Below are positions 62,825 through 64,000 of a stretch of DNA of 64,000 nt, piece after piece. A model generated the notes under the pieces. That model was given only the letters and a program-made list of their open reading frames with translations, was not told where the DNA came from and made no database searches. Numbering within the stretch: position 1 is the first letter of the stretch; each line of letters starts with the position of its first letter. Source of the DNA: Eledone cirrhosa (lineage: Eukaryota); assembly GCA_964016885.1 (NCBI GenBank), contig OZ024748.1, positions 42,594,001 to 42,658,000 of the forward strand, written 5' to 3'. The position numbers were made by a program, and so were the translations under genes.

Positions 62825-64000
62825 TATTTCTTTATTAACCACATGGGTGCACAAGAAAAGGGGACAATACAAAGACATGCAGGGGATTTTACATACAGTC
62901 GTGTAAAAAATATAAAAACAAACAATTACAACTATAGAAATCCCCAATAGGGGGGAGGCGCCACAAATGGGTTGTTTAATACCCCATCGATAGAACAACC
63001 CTCAACTCCAGGAGCATGTTGGGCAAGTGCTCCTTTCTTTCTTTTGCTCTCTTCTTCAACCTACTGGCTTATAAACAGAGAAGGCCCAATCACTCGGGCC
63101 ATTTTCGCTTCATTCACCCACCTTTCAGTAAATTTACTGGGGTGCAGTGCCGCTCTCTCCACCCTGATTCTCCTTCTAAAGTGATACTTAAAGAAGGGAA
63201 TCAATTGTTGTCCGGAGAGAAAGGCATCTGTCCTCAGTCCTCTCAACCTCGTCCACCATATAACTTCTTTCACCGTACAGAGGCAAACCGCCTCTCTTTC
63301 GTTTTTGAAAGAGGCTGGCGGTTTGATCCTTGCTATGAACTCGGCAGTCAACTGGATTTGTCCCATACGCGACAGCAGTTGTTCTGCATAGTTCCACAGG
63401 TCGGTTACGCCGGGGCAGTGTACAATTGCGTGCAGGACTGTTTCAATGTCCTGCGTGCATCTTGGACACGTCCTCTTGGAAGGATCCCTGCCGGGGCGTC
63501 CGTGCCTGTAGATCTTGTCACGAACCGGTAGAGCTCCTCGGTAGCACTGCCAGGCCAGGGACCTCTGGAAGGTGTCCATATGTCCCGGGTGGAAAGTCTT
63601 ACCAAACAGACTGGTGAGCTCATCGTCTTCGACGCCCAGAGTCTCTCCGAGCACGTCGTCGCCCTTGTAACGTACAATCCCTCTATAGAATGTCGAAGTA
63701 GAGTCTCCACTGATTGCTGCGGCCGCTTGCCAGAGGACTGTGAGCACCTGAGCGCATTCAATGTGCCAGGCACCCATCGTTTTCGGGCTTTTCTTCACCC
63801 AGGACTGCAGCTCCGTCAGCGAGACGAGCTGTGGGAATGCATGACTCACAAACGGTGTCCACACCGGTTGGGGGTCGGTGGGGAATACCTGGAGATGCCG
63901 CAGCCTCAGGGCATTCCCAGCCCTCCGTTGGAAGGGTGCTGACAGCAGACGGATCTCCTCACCAGCGGAGCATGTTTCTTACACAGAAACTGGAAGAGCA
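62825..64000 (-). mobile_element. Diverged, damaged Tx1 copy (ORF2 3' part plus 3' UTR), runs off window end
   Basis: ORF 63061-63864 is homologous to the ORF2 C-terminus; deletion between GGLGMP and LRLRHLQVF near 63910; ends AATAAAGAAATATATC followed by TATC-type repeats. Confidence 0.9.

Overview
Eukaryotic (animal) genomic DNA, repeat-dense and microsatellite-rich. The tRNA-like SINEs resemble octopod cephalopod SINEs (recalled similarity, not searched). One host gene is visible: three minus-strand coding exons (49228-49506, 14034-14750, 13104-13215) of a ZIP4/ZIP12-like (SLC39, LIV-1 subfamily) zinc transporter ectodomain, including a ~15x 9-aa His/Asp repeat. Its ~34.5-kb intron is almost filled by a ~32.6-kb array of ~330 99-bp monomers. 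The monomer is recognisably a piece of the C-terminal coding region of a dead RTE-clade LINE, and the unamplified continuation of that LINE sits at the array's right end. The rest is mobile DNA: an intact Dong/R4 element in (TAA)n, a full-length two-ORF Tx1 element plus two partial relatives associated with (TATC)n, a Naiad-like Penelope element with pseudo-LTRs and two type I hammerhead ribozymes, hAT-like MITEs, SINEs and smaller minisatellites. No prokaryotic or CRISPR features were found. All alignments and base-pairings were done by eye.
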